Assembly: GCA_023150565.1 (NCBI GenBank)
Contig: JAKLKR010000002.1
Span: 26,757 to 90,756 of the forward strand
Direction of reading: 5' to 3'
Source of the DNA: Planctomycetota bacterium
GTDB lineage: Bacteria; Planctomycetota; UBA11346
DNA length: 64,000 nucleotides
Made by a program: the position numbers and the translations under genes. This document shows positions 8,303 to 18,597 of this stretch, one piece after another. Numbering within the stretch: the stretch's first letter is position 1; each line of letters begins with the position of its first letter. A model generated the notes under the pieces. That model ran no database searches, had not been told where the DNA came from, and was given only the letters and a program-made list of their open reading frames with translations.

Positions 8303-10338
8303 ATCCGCACCCGGCCGCGCCAGGCGCGGCCGGCGTGCTCGACCACCGCGCCCGGCGGCACCGCCAGCGTCACGCCGCCGTCGGCGCGCGCCTCGACTTC
8401 CAGGTCGCCGAGCGGGGTGGGCACGGTGGCGGCAGCCCACTCCAGCCCGCACAGACGCGGTTCCACCGCGATGCGCGTCCAGCCGGGGGCTAGCGGGCGG
8501 ATGCCCAGCAGCAGCTCCGGCAGCAGCGCCGCCGGGCCGGAGCCCCAGGCATGGCACAGGCTCTTGCCGAAGGGCCGGCGATAGAACGCCAGGTGCTGGT
8601 CGCCCTGCTGGGCGGGGTCGAAGGCCTCCCAGAAGGTGGTGGCGCCGCAGTCGAGCATGCCGCCCCAGGCGGCGCGGATCTGCGCCAGGGCGGTACCGGT
8701 CGCGCCCAGGCGGGCGAGGGCGGCGGCCTGGAAGGCGCCCATGTAGGGCGTGCCCACCGCCAGCGCGGTGTCGCCCGCGAGCAGCCGGCGGGCGGCGGCG
8801 CGGCCGCCGGCGGGCAGGCAGCCGCCCAGCACCGCCAGCAGGGTGGCGTGGCGGCAGGGCGGGCTGTCGCGGTCCACCAGCATGCGGTAGCCGGCCGGGG
8901 TCCAGGCCCGGCGCAGCTGCGCACGCACCAGCCGCGCCCGCGCCCGCGCCTGGCGCGCGCTGGCGGGGTCGCCGGCCTGCTCCGCCAAGGCGGCGAGGGC
9001 GGCGAGCGCCCACGCCCACAGCACCTGCACCGCGCTCACGATGCCGTCCTTGCGCAGCGGCACCCAGTCGATGAACACCCAGTCCTCGGGGCTGGCGCGC
9101 AGCAGGCCGTCGCCGTCGCAGCGGCGTTCCAGCTCGGCCAGCAGCGCATGCACGCGCGCCGCCGGGGCGCAGCCGTCGTCGCTGCGCCCGTCGTAGCGGC
9201 GCTGCAGCTCCAGGGCGATCGGCCACCACAGGGTGTAGTCGACGATGCCGTTGAGGTGGCCGGCGGCGATGCCGCCGCCGTGCAGGGCGGTGAGGGTGCG
9301 GCGCACGATGCCGGATTCGGCGAAGGTGTAGGCGTTGGCCATCACCGACAGCGCCAGGTCGCCCACCCACGGCATGCGGTCGCGCTTGAGCCCGTCGACC
9401 AGGAAGTCCTGCATGCACAGGCGCAGGGTGTAGGCCGAGCGCATCCAGATCGCATCCAGGCGCGGATCGCTGCAGGCGAAGGCGCCACGGTAGCGCACCG
9501 GGTGGAAGGACGCGCGCACGCGCAGCGCCGCCGGGTCGACGCCCGCGACCCGGGCGTAGCGCAGGGCGAGGGCGGCGTGCGACACCCGTGCGCCGTCCAC
9601 CGCATCCAGCCCCAGGTGCTGCTCGTGCGCGATGCCATGCGGGTGGCGGACCTCGGTCGGCGATTCGCCCACGGTCAGGCGCCCGCGCCCGGCCGGCGCC
9701 ACCACCCACGCCAGCAGTTCGCGTCCGAAATCGGCGATGCCGCCGGCCACCGCCACCGGCGCCAGCTCGACCACCGGCTCGTCGACCCGGTGCGGCGGCA
9801 GGCCGGAGCGGGTGGCGGGCTCGAGCGACACCGGGGCGAAGCGGAAGCCGTCGCTGGTGCCCTCCCAGCCCTCCGCCGGCAGCCCGCCGAGGATGCGCAC
9901 GGTGGGCGGCTCGCCGGTGGTGGCGACGGTGAGGCGCAGCTGGCCGGGATCGGCGGTCTGGAAGCGGGTCAGGTCGCAGCGCAGCACGCCGGCGGAGCCG
10001 GGATGGTGGAACACCGGCTTGCCGGCCACCGTCACCCCCAGCGCGCCCACCGCGCGCAGGGTCAGCACCAGGCGGCGGCCGCGCCGTGCCGGCGGCAGCG
10101 CGCAGCGGTACCACGCCACCGTGGCCGGCGGCGCGAACTGGCCGGGATGGAACGGCCCGGTGGAATCGCGGAAGCCGTTGGCGCGCACCTGGGCCATGCG
10201 CCAGGCCTCGAGCGCCCCGGGCAGGTACAGCCACGGCGCCCCGCCGGCGCGGTCGGGGGCCGGCAGCAGGCGGGTGGCGCTGTAGCAGGGGTCGATGATC
10301 GCGGCGCGCGAGCGGCGGTGGGCGTGGGAGAGGGCCAT
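8263..10338 (-). CDS. Alpha-L-rhamnosidase-like six-hairpin glycoside hydrolase (GH78-type)
   Basis: DGLKRDRMPWVGDLALS, DYTLWWPIALELQRRY, DWVFIDWVP and SLCHAWGSGPAALLPELLLGIRPLAPGWTRIAVEPRL. The 3' end overlaps recQ by 40 nt (convergent). Confidence 0.75.
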   Translation of the reverse strand: MALSHAHRRSRAAIIDPCYSATRLLPAPDRAGGAPWLYLPGALEAWRMAQVRANGFRDSTGPFHPGQFAPPATVAWYRCALPPARRGRRLVLTLRAVGALGVTVAGKPVFHHPGSAGVLRCDLTRFQTADPGQLRLTVATTGEPPTVRILGGLPAEGWEGTSDGFRFAPVSLEPATRSGLPPHRVDEPVVELAPVAVAGGIADFGRELLAWVVAPAGRGRLTVGESPTEVRHPHGIAHEQHLGLDAVDGARVSHAALALRYARVAGVDPAALRVRASFHPVRYRGAFACSDPRLDAIWMRSAYTLRLCMQDFLVDGLKRDRMPWVGDLALSVMANAYTFAESGIVRRTLTALHGGGIAAGHLNGIVDYTLWWPIALELQRRYDGRSDDGCAPAARVHALLAELERRCDGDGLLRASPEDWVFIDWVPLRKDGIVSAVQVLWAWALAALAALAEQAGDPASARQARARARLVRAQLRRAWTPAGYRMLVDRDSPPCRHATLLAVLGGCLPAGGRAAARRLLAGDTALAVGTPYMGAFQAAALARLGATGTALAQIRAAWGGMLDCGATTFWEAFDPAQQGDQHLAFYRRPFGKSLCHAWGSGPAALLPELLLGIRPLAPGWTRIAVEPRLCGLEWAAATVPTPLGDLEVEARADGGVTLAVPPGAVVEHAGRAWRGRVRIQPPATTSSRAVP

Positions 10339-10370
10339 GCCCCCAGCTTCGCCGCCGGCTCCGGCGGGCC

Positions 10371-11264
10371 ATGGACCGGCGGCCGCAAACCTGGATATTC
10401 TGCCACATGGATGACCTGCTCAGCCATCCTCCGCGGGTCGTGGGGGTGAACCGCTTCCCCTTCGCCCCCGGCGAGACCGTGGCCCGGCGCGCCAACAGCT
10501 CGCTGCTGGTATGCTTCGTCAGTGCAGGAAATGGGGTTCTGACCATCGATTCGCAGCAGTGGCCGCTGGCCGCCGGCCACCTCGCGCTGGTGCCCTGGGG
10601 CCGCTGGTGGTCGCTGGCAGACGCCGGCGCCCTGGCGGTGCTCACCGTCCACCTGCGTTTCCTGCCGTGGGATGTGCCGGACCAGCCCCTGCGCCACTGG
10701 TTCCCCGGCGAGCCGCCAACCGCCGCCGACCCCGCCCCCGACCTCGGCTGCGGCCCGCGCGCGCCGGTCCCGGCCCAGGCCCTGGCCACCGCCGAGGCCC
10801 TCCTCGCCGCCTGGGCGTCGCGCGACCCGGCGCGCGCCTTCCGCCTGCGCGCGCTGGCGGCCACGCTGGTCGAGACGCTGCTGCCGCCGGCAAGGCCCGG
10901 CGGCGGTGCCCAGGGTGCGGCCGCGGTGCTCGCCTGGCTGGCCTGGAGCCAGCGCCTGGACGTCACCCGCGCCGAGCTGGAGCGGCGCTCGGGCCTGGGC
11001 CGCACCGCCTTCGGCGCCGCCTTCAAGGCGCTCACCGGGGCCAGCCCGGCGGCCTGGCTGCTCGACCGCCGCCTGGCCGAGGCCCGCCGCCTGCTCGCCA
11101 CCACCGCCGAACCGGTGGCGGCGGTGGCGGCGCGCACCGGCTTCGGCGATCCGTTCCACTTCAGCCGCTGCTTCCGCAGCCGCTACGGCCTCAGCCCGCG
11201 CCAGGCCCGTTCCCTGGGCTGGACCCCTGCCGGCCCCGGCGATGCTGCCGCGCCTGCGCGATGA
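10371..11264 (+). CDS. AraC-family transcriptional regulator (cupin-like N-domain plus HTH)
   Basis: C-terminal HTH LDVTRAELERRSGLGRTAFGAAFKALTGASPAAWLLDRRLAEARRLLATTAEPVAAVAARTGFGDPFHFSRCFRSRYGLSPRQAR. The stop overlaps the SNF2 start (ATGA). Confidence 0.8.
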   Translation: MDRRPQTWIFCHMDDLLSHPPRVVGVNRFPFAPGETVARRANSSLLVCFVSAGNGVLTIDSQQWPLAAGHLALVPWGRWWSLADAGALAVLTVHLRFLPWDVPDQPLRHWFPGEPPTAADPAPDLGCGPRAPVPAQALATAEALLAAWASRDPARAFRLRALAATLVETLLPPARPGGGAQGAAAVLAWLAWSQRLDVTRAELERRSGLGRTAFGAAFKALTGASPAAWLLDRRLAEARRLLATTAEPVAAVAARTGFGDPFHFSRCFRSRYGLSPRQARSLGWTPAGPGDAAAPAR

Positions 11265-13942
11265 GCCTCACCCTCGCCCTCACCCCCCTCGGCCACCTGC
11301 TGGCGGCCGAGGCCGACGATGCCCCGGCGCTGGATGCGGCGCTGGCCGAGGGCCTGCGCGCCGCCTTCGCCGACGGCCCCGGCCCCGGCCTGCTGTGGCT
11401 GGGCACCACCCAGCCGGGGGTGGCGCTGCCGCCGGTGGTGGGCTGGTGGCGCGATTTCGCCGCACGCTTCGTCAGCGCCCTGTGCACCCTGCCCGAGGCC
11501 GCCGAGCAGGCCCCCGGCCGGGTGCCGCCGCCCGACGACGGCGAGCTGCAGCGCCTGGCGTGGTCGGCGCCGCCGATGGAGGGCAGCGAGTACCTCGCCG
11601 CCGACACCCTGCGCCCCCTGTGGCTGGCGCTGGACGCCGCCCTGCACGCCGCCCTCGGCGCCACCCCGCTGGCGGACTTCCTGCGCGCGCGCAGCCCGGC
11701 CTGGCACCTGGTCGGTCGGGTGCATGTGCACCTGGCCGAGAACCGCAAGGACGAGACGGCGCCCTTCGCCTTCCTCGCCACCTACACCACCCGGCTGTCG
11801 GCGGCCGGAAAGGCCCAGCACCAGCCCCTCGGCCAGGCCCTGCGCGAGTACGCCGCGGCATCCGACAAGGAGCGCCTGCTGGCCCTGCTGCAGCCGCTGC
11901 AGCGCGCCGCCGAGGGCTGCCCGTGGCTGCGCCGGCTGATCGATTCCCGCGAGATCTTCCAGCCCCTGCGCTGGAGCGCGGCCGAGGCGCTGGCGTTCCT
12001 GCACGATGCCGGGCGCCTGGAGCAGGCCGGGGTGGTGGTGCGCCTGCCGGCGGCGTGGCGCGCCGGCCGTCCGCCGCGCCCGCAGGTCACGGCCACGGTT
12101 GGCGCCCGCACCCCGTCGCGGGTCGGCCAGGACGCCCTGCTCGACTTCTCCCTCGGCCTGGTGCTGGAGGGCGAGCCGCTCAGCGCAGCCGAGGCGCAGA
12201 CCCTGCTCGCCGGCGGCCAGGGCCTGGTGCTGATCCGCGGACGCTGGGTCGAGGTCGACGGCGAGCGCCTGCGGCGCACCCTCGAACGCTTCCAGGCGGT
12301 CGAGCGCCTGGCCCGGGCCGAGGGCCTGGGCTTCCACGAGGCCATGCGCCAGCTCGCCGGCGCCGCCGAGGTGGACAGCGAGCCGGCGCGCGACGAGGCC
12401 GACTGGTCGCAGGTCGCCGCCGGGCCGTGGCTGGCCGAGACCCTGGCCGGGCTGCGCGGCCCCCAGGGCCTGGCCGCGGTCGAGCCGGGGCCCGAGCTGC
12501 ACGCCGTCCTGCGCCCCTACCAGCAGGTCGGGCTGCGCTGGCTGCACCTGCTCGCGCGCCTGCGCCTGGGCGCCTGCCTGGCCGACGACATGGGCCTGGG
12601 CAAGACCATCCAGGTGCTGGCGCTGCTGCTGGTGCGCAGGCGCGACGAGGGCCCGGCCCCCAGCCTGCTGGTGGCGCCGGCCTCGCTGCTCGCCAACTGG
12701 GCGGCCGAGGCGGCGCGCTTCGCGCCCTCGCTGCGCGTGCTGGTGGCGCATCCCTCGGCACTGCCGGCGGAGGAGCTGCAGGCGGTCGACGCCGCCCGCC
12801 TGGCCGCCACCGACCTGGTGGTGACCAGCTACGGCACCCTCCAGCGCCTGCCCTGGCTGGGCGCCACCCACTGGCGCCTGGCGGTGCTGGACGAGGCCCA
12901 GGCGATCAAGAACCCGGGCGCCCGCCAGACCCGCGCCGCCAAGGCGCTGCGCGCCGAGTCGCGCCTGGCCCTCACCGGCACCCCGATCGAGAACCGCCTG
13001 GGCGATCTGTGGTCGATCTTCGACTACATCAACCCCGGCCTGCTCGGCGGGGCCAAGCCCTTCGCCGCCTTCGCCAAGCGCCTGGCCGGCTCGCCGCAGG
13101 GCTACGCCCCGCTGCGCACCCTGGTGCAGCCCTACATCCTGCGCCGGCTCAAGACCGACAAGTCGGTGGTCGGCGACCTGCCGGACAAGAGCGAGCTGAC
13201 CGCGTTCTGCGGCCTGTCGCGGCGCCAGGCGGCGCTCTACCAGCAGGCGGTGGACGAGCTGAAGGCCGGCCTGGAGCGGGCCGACGGCATCGCGCGCAAG
13301 GGCCTGGTGCTGGCCTTCCTGATGCGCTTCAAGCAGATCTGCAACCACCCCTCGCAGTGGCAGGGCGACGGGGCCTGGGACGAGGCCGGCAGCGGCAAGT
13401 TGGCGCGCCTGCGCGAGCTCGCCGAGGTGATCGCCGCCAAGCAGGAGAAGGTGCTGGTGTTCTCGCAGTTCCGCGAAACGGCCGCGCCGCTGGCGGCGTT
13501 CCTGGGCGCGGTGTTCGGCCGCCCCGGGCTGGTGCTCACCGGCGAGACCGCGGTCAAGCAGCGCCAGGAGCTGGTGCAGCGCTTCCAGCAGGACGAGTCG
13601 GTGCCGTTCTTCGTGCTCTCGCTCAAGGCCGGCGGCTCGGGGCTGAACCTCACCGCCGCCAGCCACGTCATCCACTTCGACCGCTGGTGGAACCCGGCGG
13701 TCGAGAACCAGGCCACCGACCGCGCCTTCCGCCTCGGCCAGACCCGCAACGTGCTGGTGCACAAGTTCGTCTGCCGCGGCACGGTCGAAGAGAAGATCGA
13801 CGCCCTGATCGCCGGCAAACGCCAGCTCGCGCACGACCTGCTCGACGGCGGCGCCGGCGAGCTCGACCTCACCGGGCTCGACGACGCAGCGCTGCTGCGG
13901 CTGGTCAGCCTCGACCTCGCCACCGCCAGCGCGGAGACCTGA
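11261..13942 (+). CDS. SNF2/SWI2-family DEAD-like helicase with a long N-terminal domain
   Basis: LRPYQQVGLRWL, DDMGLGKTIQ (motif I), LDEAQAIKN (DExx), ALTGTPIEN, and C-terminal helicase motifs VFSQF...SLKAGGSGLNLTAASHVIHFDRWWNPAVENQATDRAFRLGQ. The start is Met251 of the ORF 10511..13942. Confidence 0.85.
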   Translation: MSLTLALTPLGHLLAAEADDAPALDAALAEGLRAAFADGPGPGLLWLGTTQPGVALPPVVGWWRDFAARFVSALCTLPEAAEQAPGRVPPPDDGELQRLAWSAPPMEGSEYLAADTLRPLWLALDAALHAALGATPLADFLRARSPAWHLVGRVHVHLAENRKDETAPFAFLATYTTRLSAAGKAQHQPLGQALREYAAASDKERLLALLQPLQRAAEGCPWLRRLIDSREIFQPLRWSAAEALAFLHDAGRLEQAGVVVRLPAAWRAGRPPRPQVTATVGARTPSRVGQDALLDFSLGLVLEGEPLSAAEAQTLLAGGQGLVLIRGRWVEVDGERLRRTLERFQAVERLARAEGLGFHEAMRQLAGAAEVDSEPARDEADWSQVAAGPWLAETLAGLRGPQGLAAVEPGPELHAVLRPYQQVGLRWLHLLARLRLGACLADDMGLGKTIQVLALLLVRRRDEGPAPSLLVAPASLLANWAAEAARFAPSLRVLVAHPSALPAEELQAVDAARLAATDLVVTSYGTLQRLPWLGATHWRLAVLDEAQAIKNPGARQTRAAKALRAESRLALTGTPIENRLGDLWSIFDYINPGLLGGAKPFAAFAKRLAGSPQGYAPLRTLVQPYILRRLKTDKSVVGDLPDKSELTAFCGLSRRQAALYQQAVDELKAGLERADGIARKGLVLAFLMRFKQICNHPSQWQGDGAWDEAGSGKLARLRELAEVIAAKQEKVLVFSQFRETAAPLAAFLGAVFGRPGLVLTGETAVKQRQELVQRFQQDESVPFFVLSLKAGGSGLNLTAASHVIHFDRWWNPAVENQATDRAFRLGQTRNVLVHKFVCRGTVEEKIDALIAGKRQLAHDLLDGGAGELDLTGLDDAALLRLVSLDLATASAET

Positions 13943-13944
13943 CC

Positions 13945-14919
13945 ATGTACCACCAGTGGGCCCCCTACGTCCCGGTGGCCGAGCGCCGCCGCCAAGCCGC
14001 CGCCGAGATGGCGAAGCTGAAGAAGAACGGCCACGCGGTGTCGCCGGTGGTGATCCAGGGCCGCGCCATCGCCACCACGGTGTGGGGCAGGGCCTGGTGC
14101 GCCAACCTGGAGGGCTACGGCGACTACGCCAACCGCCTGCCGCGCGGGCGCACCTACGTGCGCAACGGCTCGGTGGTCGACCTGCAGATCAGCCCGGGCC
14201 GGATCGAGGCGCGGGTGAGCGGCTCGTCGATCTACACCGCCACGGTGACGGTGAAGCCGCTGCCGGCGGCGCGCTGGCAGGCGCTGTGCGCCGACTGCGC
14301 CGGCGGCATCGACTCGCTGGTCGAGCTGCTGCAGGGGCGCTTCGCCAACGGGGTGATGGAGCGCCTGTGCCGGCCGGGCGACGGGCTGTTTCCCGCGCCC
14401 AAGGAGATCAGCCTGGACTGCTCGTGCCCGGACAGCGCGCGCCTGTGCAAGCACCTGGCGGCGGTGCTGTACGGCATCGGCGCGCGCCTCGACCACCAGC
14501 CCGAGCTGCTGTTCACCCTGCGCCAGGTGGCGGCCACCGACCTGCTCGCCCACGCCGGCAAGGGCCTGGAGGCGGAACCCGCCGGCGCACGCACCCTGGC
14601 CGGCGACGACCTCGGCGCGCTGTTCGGGCTGGAGCTGGACCCGGGCGGGGCGGCGGAACCAGCGCCAGCTCCGGCGGCAGCTCCGCCCGCGGCGACCGCC
14701 ACCGCCGCAAGACCGGCCACCAGGGAGGACCGCCGGGAACAGCGCCTGCGCGCCCTGCTCGCCGAGCGCGGTTCCTTCACCAGCGCCGAGGCCCAGACCG
14801 CCCTCCGCCTCGACGCCGCCATCCTGCGCCCGCTGCTCAAGCGGCTGGTGGCCGACGGCCACGCCACCGTCACCGGCAGGACCCGCGGCACCACCTACCA
14901 CGCCGCCGGGCGCGGCTGA
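13945..14919 (+). CDS. SWIM zinc-finger protein
   Basis: CSCPDSARLCKHLAAVLY (CxC...CxH SWIM signature). It starts 2 nt after the SNF2 stop. Its 3' end overlaps the convergent GH5-like gene by about 25 nt. Confidence 0.8.
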   Translation: MYHQWAPYVPVAERRRQAAAEMAKLKKNGHAVSPVVIQGRAIATTVWGRAWCANLEGYGDYANRLPRGRTYVRNGSVVDLQISPGRIEARVSGSSIYTATVTVKPLPAARWQALCADCAGGIDSLVELLQGRFANGVMERLCRPGDGLFPAPKEISLDCSCPDSARLCKHLAAVLYGIGARLDHQPELLFTLRQVAATDLLAHAGKGLEAEPAGARTLAGDDLGALFGLELDPGGAAEPAPAPAAAPPAATATAARPATREDRREQRLRALLAERGSFTSAEAQTALRLDAAILRPLLKRLVADGHATVTGRTRGTTYHAAGRG

Positions 14920-17598
14920 TCCTCCATCGCCTCGGCCTCGTAGCACAGGCGGGCGCCCTGCGCCCCCTGCACATCCAGGCGGAGGTGGAGCCGCCCGTCC
15001 GCCACCGCCGCCGGCAGCCGCTCGTGCCGGCGGCCGGCGGGGTCGAGGGCGTGAACCCGCCAGCGTTCAGGCTCCTGCACCGCGACCGTCAGCTCGGCGC
15101 CGCCGCGCCGCACCAGGTGCGGCAGCCCGCCCCAGGCGAGCAGGGTGCGCCGGCTGTCCTCCAGGTAGGTGGCGCCGGTGTTCTGCAGGTCGGTGAGGTG
15201 GCAGACCAGCAGCCGGCGGCTGCTGGCGATGGGCCTGCGATCGAGCGCCGCGACGAAGACGGTGGCGCCGCTGCCGGCGACGGCGATGCCGACCCCGGCC
15301 CGCACCGCCTCCAGGCGGGCGCCCGGCTCGGCGTAGCCGCCGGCGAAGGCGGGCAGATCGATGAGCAGCGACCCGTCGCGCCCGTCCAGCACCAGCCCCC
15401 CGTCGGCCAGGCTGCGCCGGGCGGCGGCGGGATCGGGATCGAGCCCGGCGGCGGCCAGCGTCCCCGCCGGGTCGGCGGCCAGGCGGGCCACCGGCAGCGC
15501 GACCGCCGCCGCCGGAACCCGGTCGGCATGGGCGGTGCCCAGGCGCGCCCCCCAGCCCTGGAGCAGCAGCGGCCGGCTCTGCACCGCCTCGCCGGCGGTG
15601 GGCGGCGGGGGCACCGCGCGCTCGACCGCCACCACCACCTCCCGCCGCGCCGGCGGCACCAGGCCCCCGCGGTAGAGCAGCACCGCGGCGCGGTCGGCCA
15701 GCTGGTTGAGCGGGTCGCTGGCGAGGTCGAAGTAGCCGCTCGCCGCCGGCTCCTCAAGGCGCGCCGCGGCATGCGCGTAGGCGAAGCGCCACACCCCGTC
15801 CCAGTCCTGCACCCCCGCCAGCGCCCCGGTGAGGATCCCGCCCATGGCGCGGAAGCGGCCCGGGCCGGAATAGTTGAACTCGCTGATGGTGAACGGCCTG
15901 CCGGGCAGGCGCAGCAGCGCGCTGGCGGCCCCGCCGGTGGCGCCGGCGAGCAGCGGGTTGGCGTTGCCGCAGCGGCTGGGCAGCCGCCATTCGCGGTCGA
16001 GGAACACCGGATGGTCGACATAGAAGTGGTCGTCGACGAAGTCCAGCTCCTCGCGCGCCGGCAGGTCGGCGGGATCGCTGGTCCAGCCATTGAGGTTGGT
16101 GATCAGCGCCCGGCAGCCGAGCTCGCCGCGCACCAGGGCGGTCATGCGCCGCTGCATCGCCACCAGGGTGTCGGCGACGAAGGCCTGGGCGTCGGCCTGG
16201 CGCCGGGACGGTCCCCGCCAGGACTCGGGCAGGCGCACGCTCCCCGCGGCCGCATCCTCGTCGGCGGCGAGGTCGCCCCCGGCGCCAGAAGTTGCCGGGG
16301 TTGCCCTCGTTGATCAGCGCCACCCAGGACAGGGTGGGGTCCTCGGCCCAGCGCAGGCCGGTGCGCGGGTTGCGGTGGTCGAGCAGCCGGCGGGCATGCG
16401 CCGCCCAGTCGGCGAAGGCGGGCTCGTGCACCGGCACCAGCACCTTGTAGCCCTGGAAGTCCACCTCCTGGCCGGCGGGCAGGGCGAGGCGGGCGGCGAC
16501 CGGCGTCCGCGAGCAGTAGAGGTCGATGGCGACGCGGATGCCGCGCCGCCCGCACGCCTCCAGCAGGTGGTCGAGCTGGGCCAGCCGCGCCGGGTCCCAC
16601 CCGCCGTCCGCGCCGCTGCCCAGGGTCGCCTCCCAGTGGTGGATGCGCAGGGCGTTGTAGCCCAGGCGCAGGAAGCGGTCGCACAGCCGCTCGACCTGCT
16701 CGGGCGGCAGGAACTGGGCGTCGCCGCACAGGTTGACGCCATAGAAGCGCAGGCGCTCCCCGGGGGCGTCGGCGCTGGCGAAGCGCCCCTCGGGGGTGGC
16801 GATGAGCGGCGCGGCCACCCGCCCGGCCGGCGGCAGCGCCTGGCTGAGGTCGAGGGCCGAGCCCGGCTCCGGGGACGGGGCCGGCGCGGGCGCGAGCGGG
16901 ATCCACTCCGCACCGGCGGCGATGACGGTGGGCGCGCGTTCCACCACCGCGATCCCGCCGGGCGCCGACAGGCGCAGCTCCAGCTCCAGGCTCTCGCCCG
17001 CCGCCAGCCGTCCCTCCTGGGCGCCGATGCGCAGGCTGAACCCGGACTGCCAGCGGCGGTCGTCCTGGACCTGGACCACCGCCTCCGCCGCCAGCGCCAG
17101 CTCCAGCCGGTTGCCGGCGCGGTCGCTGACCGCCACCCGCCGCGCCGGGCCGCGATGCAGGCGGAACTCGGCGCCGGAGACCTCCGGGAACAGGCCCGTC
17201 GCACCATCGACCTCCCAGCGCCCGCCCGCGAGGCCGGCCGGCAGGGCCACCAGCACCCCGAGCTGGCCGAAGGCGGCCTCGCTGCGGGCGGTGAAGGTCC
17301 AGCGCCCCGCCGCCATCCCCTCCTGCCCGGCGAGGGCGATGCGGGCATCGACCGCGGCCCGGTCGCAGGCCAGGTGCAGCGACCGCACCGCTCCGGCGGT
17401 GGCGGATCCGGACCAGCTGGCGCGGGCCTGGCGCCAGCGCGGATCGGCCCAGTGCGCCGCCAGGGTGCAGAGCTCCTGCCCGCCCCGGACCAGGCTGACC
17501 GTCCCATCCACGCCCAGTCCGGCCTGGACCGCAGGCGGCGGCTCGGCGGCCGCCAAGGCGAGGATGAGCAGGACCAGGAGCGGCGGCCGGTAGGACAT
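14895..17598 (-). pseudogene. Secreted GH5-like glycoside hydrolase (clan GH-A) interrupted by a +/-1 frameshift in a C5 (G5 on the coding strand) run at 16276-16280
   Basis: N-terminal piece (ORF 15754..18099, from Met168 at 17598): signal peptide MSYRPPLLVLLILALAAAEP, then RFYGVNLCGDAQF, LGYNALRIHHWE and WVALINEGNPGNFW. After GNFWRRG the frame is lost. The protein continues in the frame of ORF 14895..16238 (...DLAADEDAAAGSVRLPESWRG...). Removing one G from ccgggggcgacc restores a single ORF of about 900 aa. Confidence 0.65.
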
Positions 17599-17689
17599 GG
17601 GGCGAGGATACCTGCGCTCCGCCGGCCCCGCCACTGCGGGAACGTGAGCGGGATTGCCGCGCGGTGATCGGCCGCCGGGGCGCGCGGGG

Positions 17690-18532
17690 TCAGCGCCCGC
17701 GGTAGGCGCCGGGGGTGCGTCCGGTGGCGGCGCGGAAGGCGGTGACGAAGTGCGAGGCGGTCTTGAATCCGCAGGCCAGGGCCACCCCGCCGATGCGCGC
17801 GCCCGGGCTGCGCAGCAGCCGCACCGCCTGCTCGATGCGCGCCCGCCGCAGCCAGGCCGCGGGGGGCACGCCGGTGCGCTGGCGGAAGATGCGCGAGAGG
17901 TGCTCGCGGCTGACCCCGAGCATGCGCGCCAGCCCGGCCACCCCCAGGTCCTCGCCAAGGCGCTCGCGCATGAGGGCGATGGCGGCCTCGGCCAGCGCGG
18001 CCTCGGGATCGCTCTCGGCGGCGCGGTGGTCGGAGAGCGCGCAGAGCAGGTCCCAGGCCAGGCGCGCCGAATCGGCCATGGCCAGCTGCTGGCAGGCATG
18101 CCCGTGCGCGGGCAGGCGGTCGAGCAGCACGCGCAGGGCGGGGGTGTGCAGGGGCAGCGGCACCACCAGGCCCCAGCGGTCGATGATCTCGCCTGCCAGC
18201 TGCTCGGCCACCGGGCCGCCCAGGTTGGCGTAGAAGAACCGCCAGCCGCAGCCCGGATCCTTGCCGAAGCAGACCGGGCGGCTGCGGATGGGCAGGATGG
18301 CGGCGTGGCCCGGCGGCACGGCCTGGCGCGGGGAATCGGGGGAGGCGCGCACCCATCCCCCGCCCGCCAGGGTCACCTGGATGCCGGTGTAGCGCAGCGG
18401 CCAGTGGCGGGTGTCGTGCCGGTAGGGGTCGCCGGGGTCCTCCCAGCCCAGCCGCTCCAGGCGCGGCATCGACGGCAGCGGGTCGCGGGTGATGATGTCG
18501 AGGATGCGTTCCACGGCTGGCGCGAACTGAAC
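17690..18532 (-). CDS. AraC-family transcriptional regulator
   Basis: C-terminal HTH: MRERLGEDLGVAGLARMLGVSREHLSRIFRQRTGVPPAAWLRRARIEQAVRLLRSPGARIGGVALACGFKTASHFVTAFRAATGRTPGAY. The start is uncertain (GTG at 18532 or ATG at 18469). The 5' part of the ORF 17690..18772 is low-complexity read-through. Confidence 0.7.
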   Translation of the reverse strand, partial: VQFAPAVERILDIITRDPLPSMPRLERLGWEDPGDPYRHDTRHWPLRYTGIQVTLAGGGWVRASPDSPRQAVPPGHAAILPIRSRPVCFGKDPGCGWRFFYANLGGPVAEQLAGEIIDRWGLVVPLPLHTPALRVLLDRLPAHGHACQQLAMADSARLAWDLLCALSDHRAAESDPEAALAEAAIALMRERLGEDLGVAGLARMLGVSREHLSRIFRQRTGVPPAAWLRRARIEQAVRLLRSPGARIGGVALACGFKTASHFVTAFRAATGRTPGAYRGR

Positions 18533-18597
18533 GCGCCCGCCGGCGCGCGCCAGCCCGAAGGCGCGGACGGAGGTCCGGGACCGGCGGGATGGGGCGG

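Noticed and set aside
6587-11137. 1516-aa minus ORF and the overlapping 6589..8493+, 8551..10449+ ORFs
   Set aside because: They are antisense or alternative frames of recQ, the rhamnosidase gene and the AraC gene. Their sequence is low-complexity Arg/Pro/Gly-rich with no domains.
11261-13942. SNF2 helicase as DISARM DrmD
   Set aside because: No DrmA/DrmB (DUF1998), PLD or methyltransferase partners are present. The partner is a SWIM protein instead.
10672-14919. 1415-aa + ORF spanning the SNF2 region
   Set aside because: Only its last 324 codons (the SWIM protein) are real. The upstream part is an out-of-frame read of the AraC and SNF2 genes (Pro/Arg/Ala/Gly-rich).
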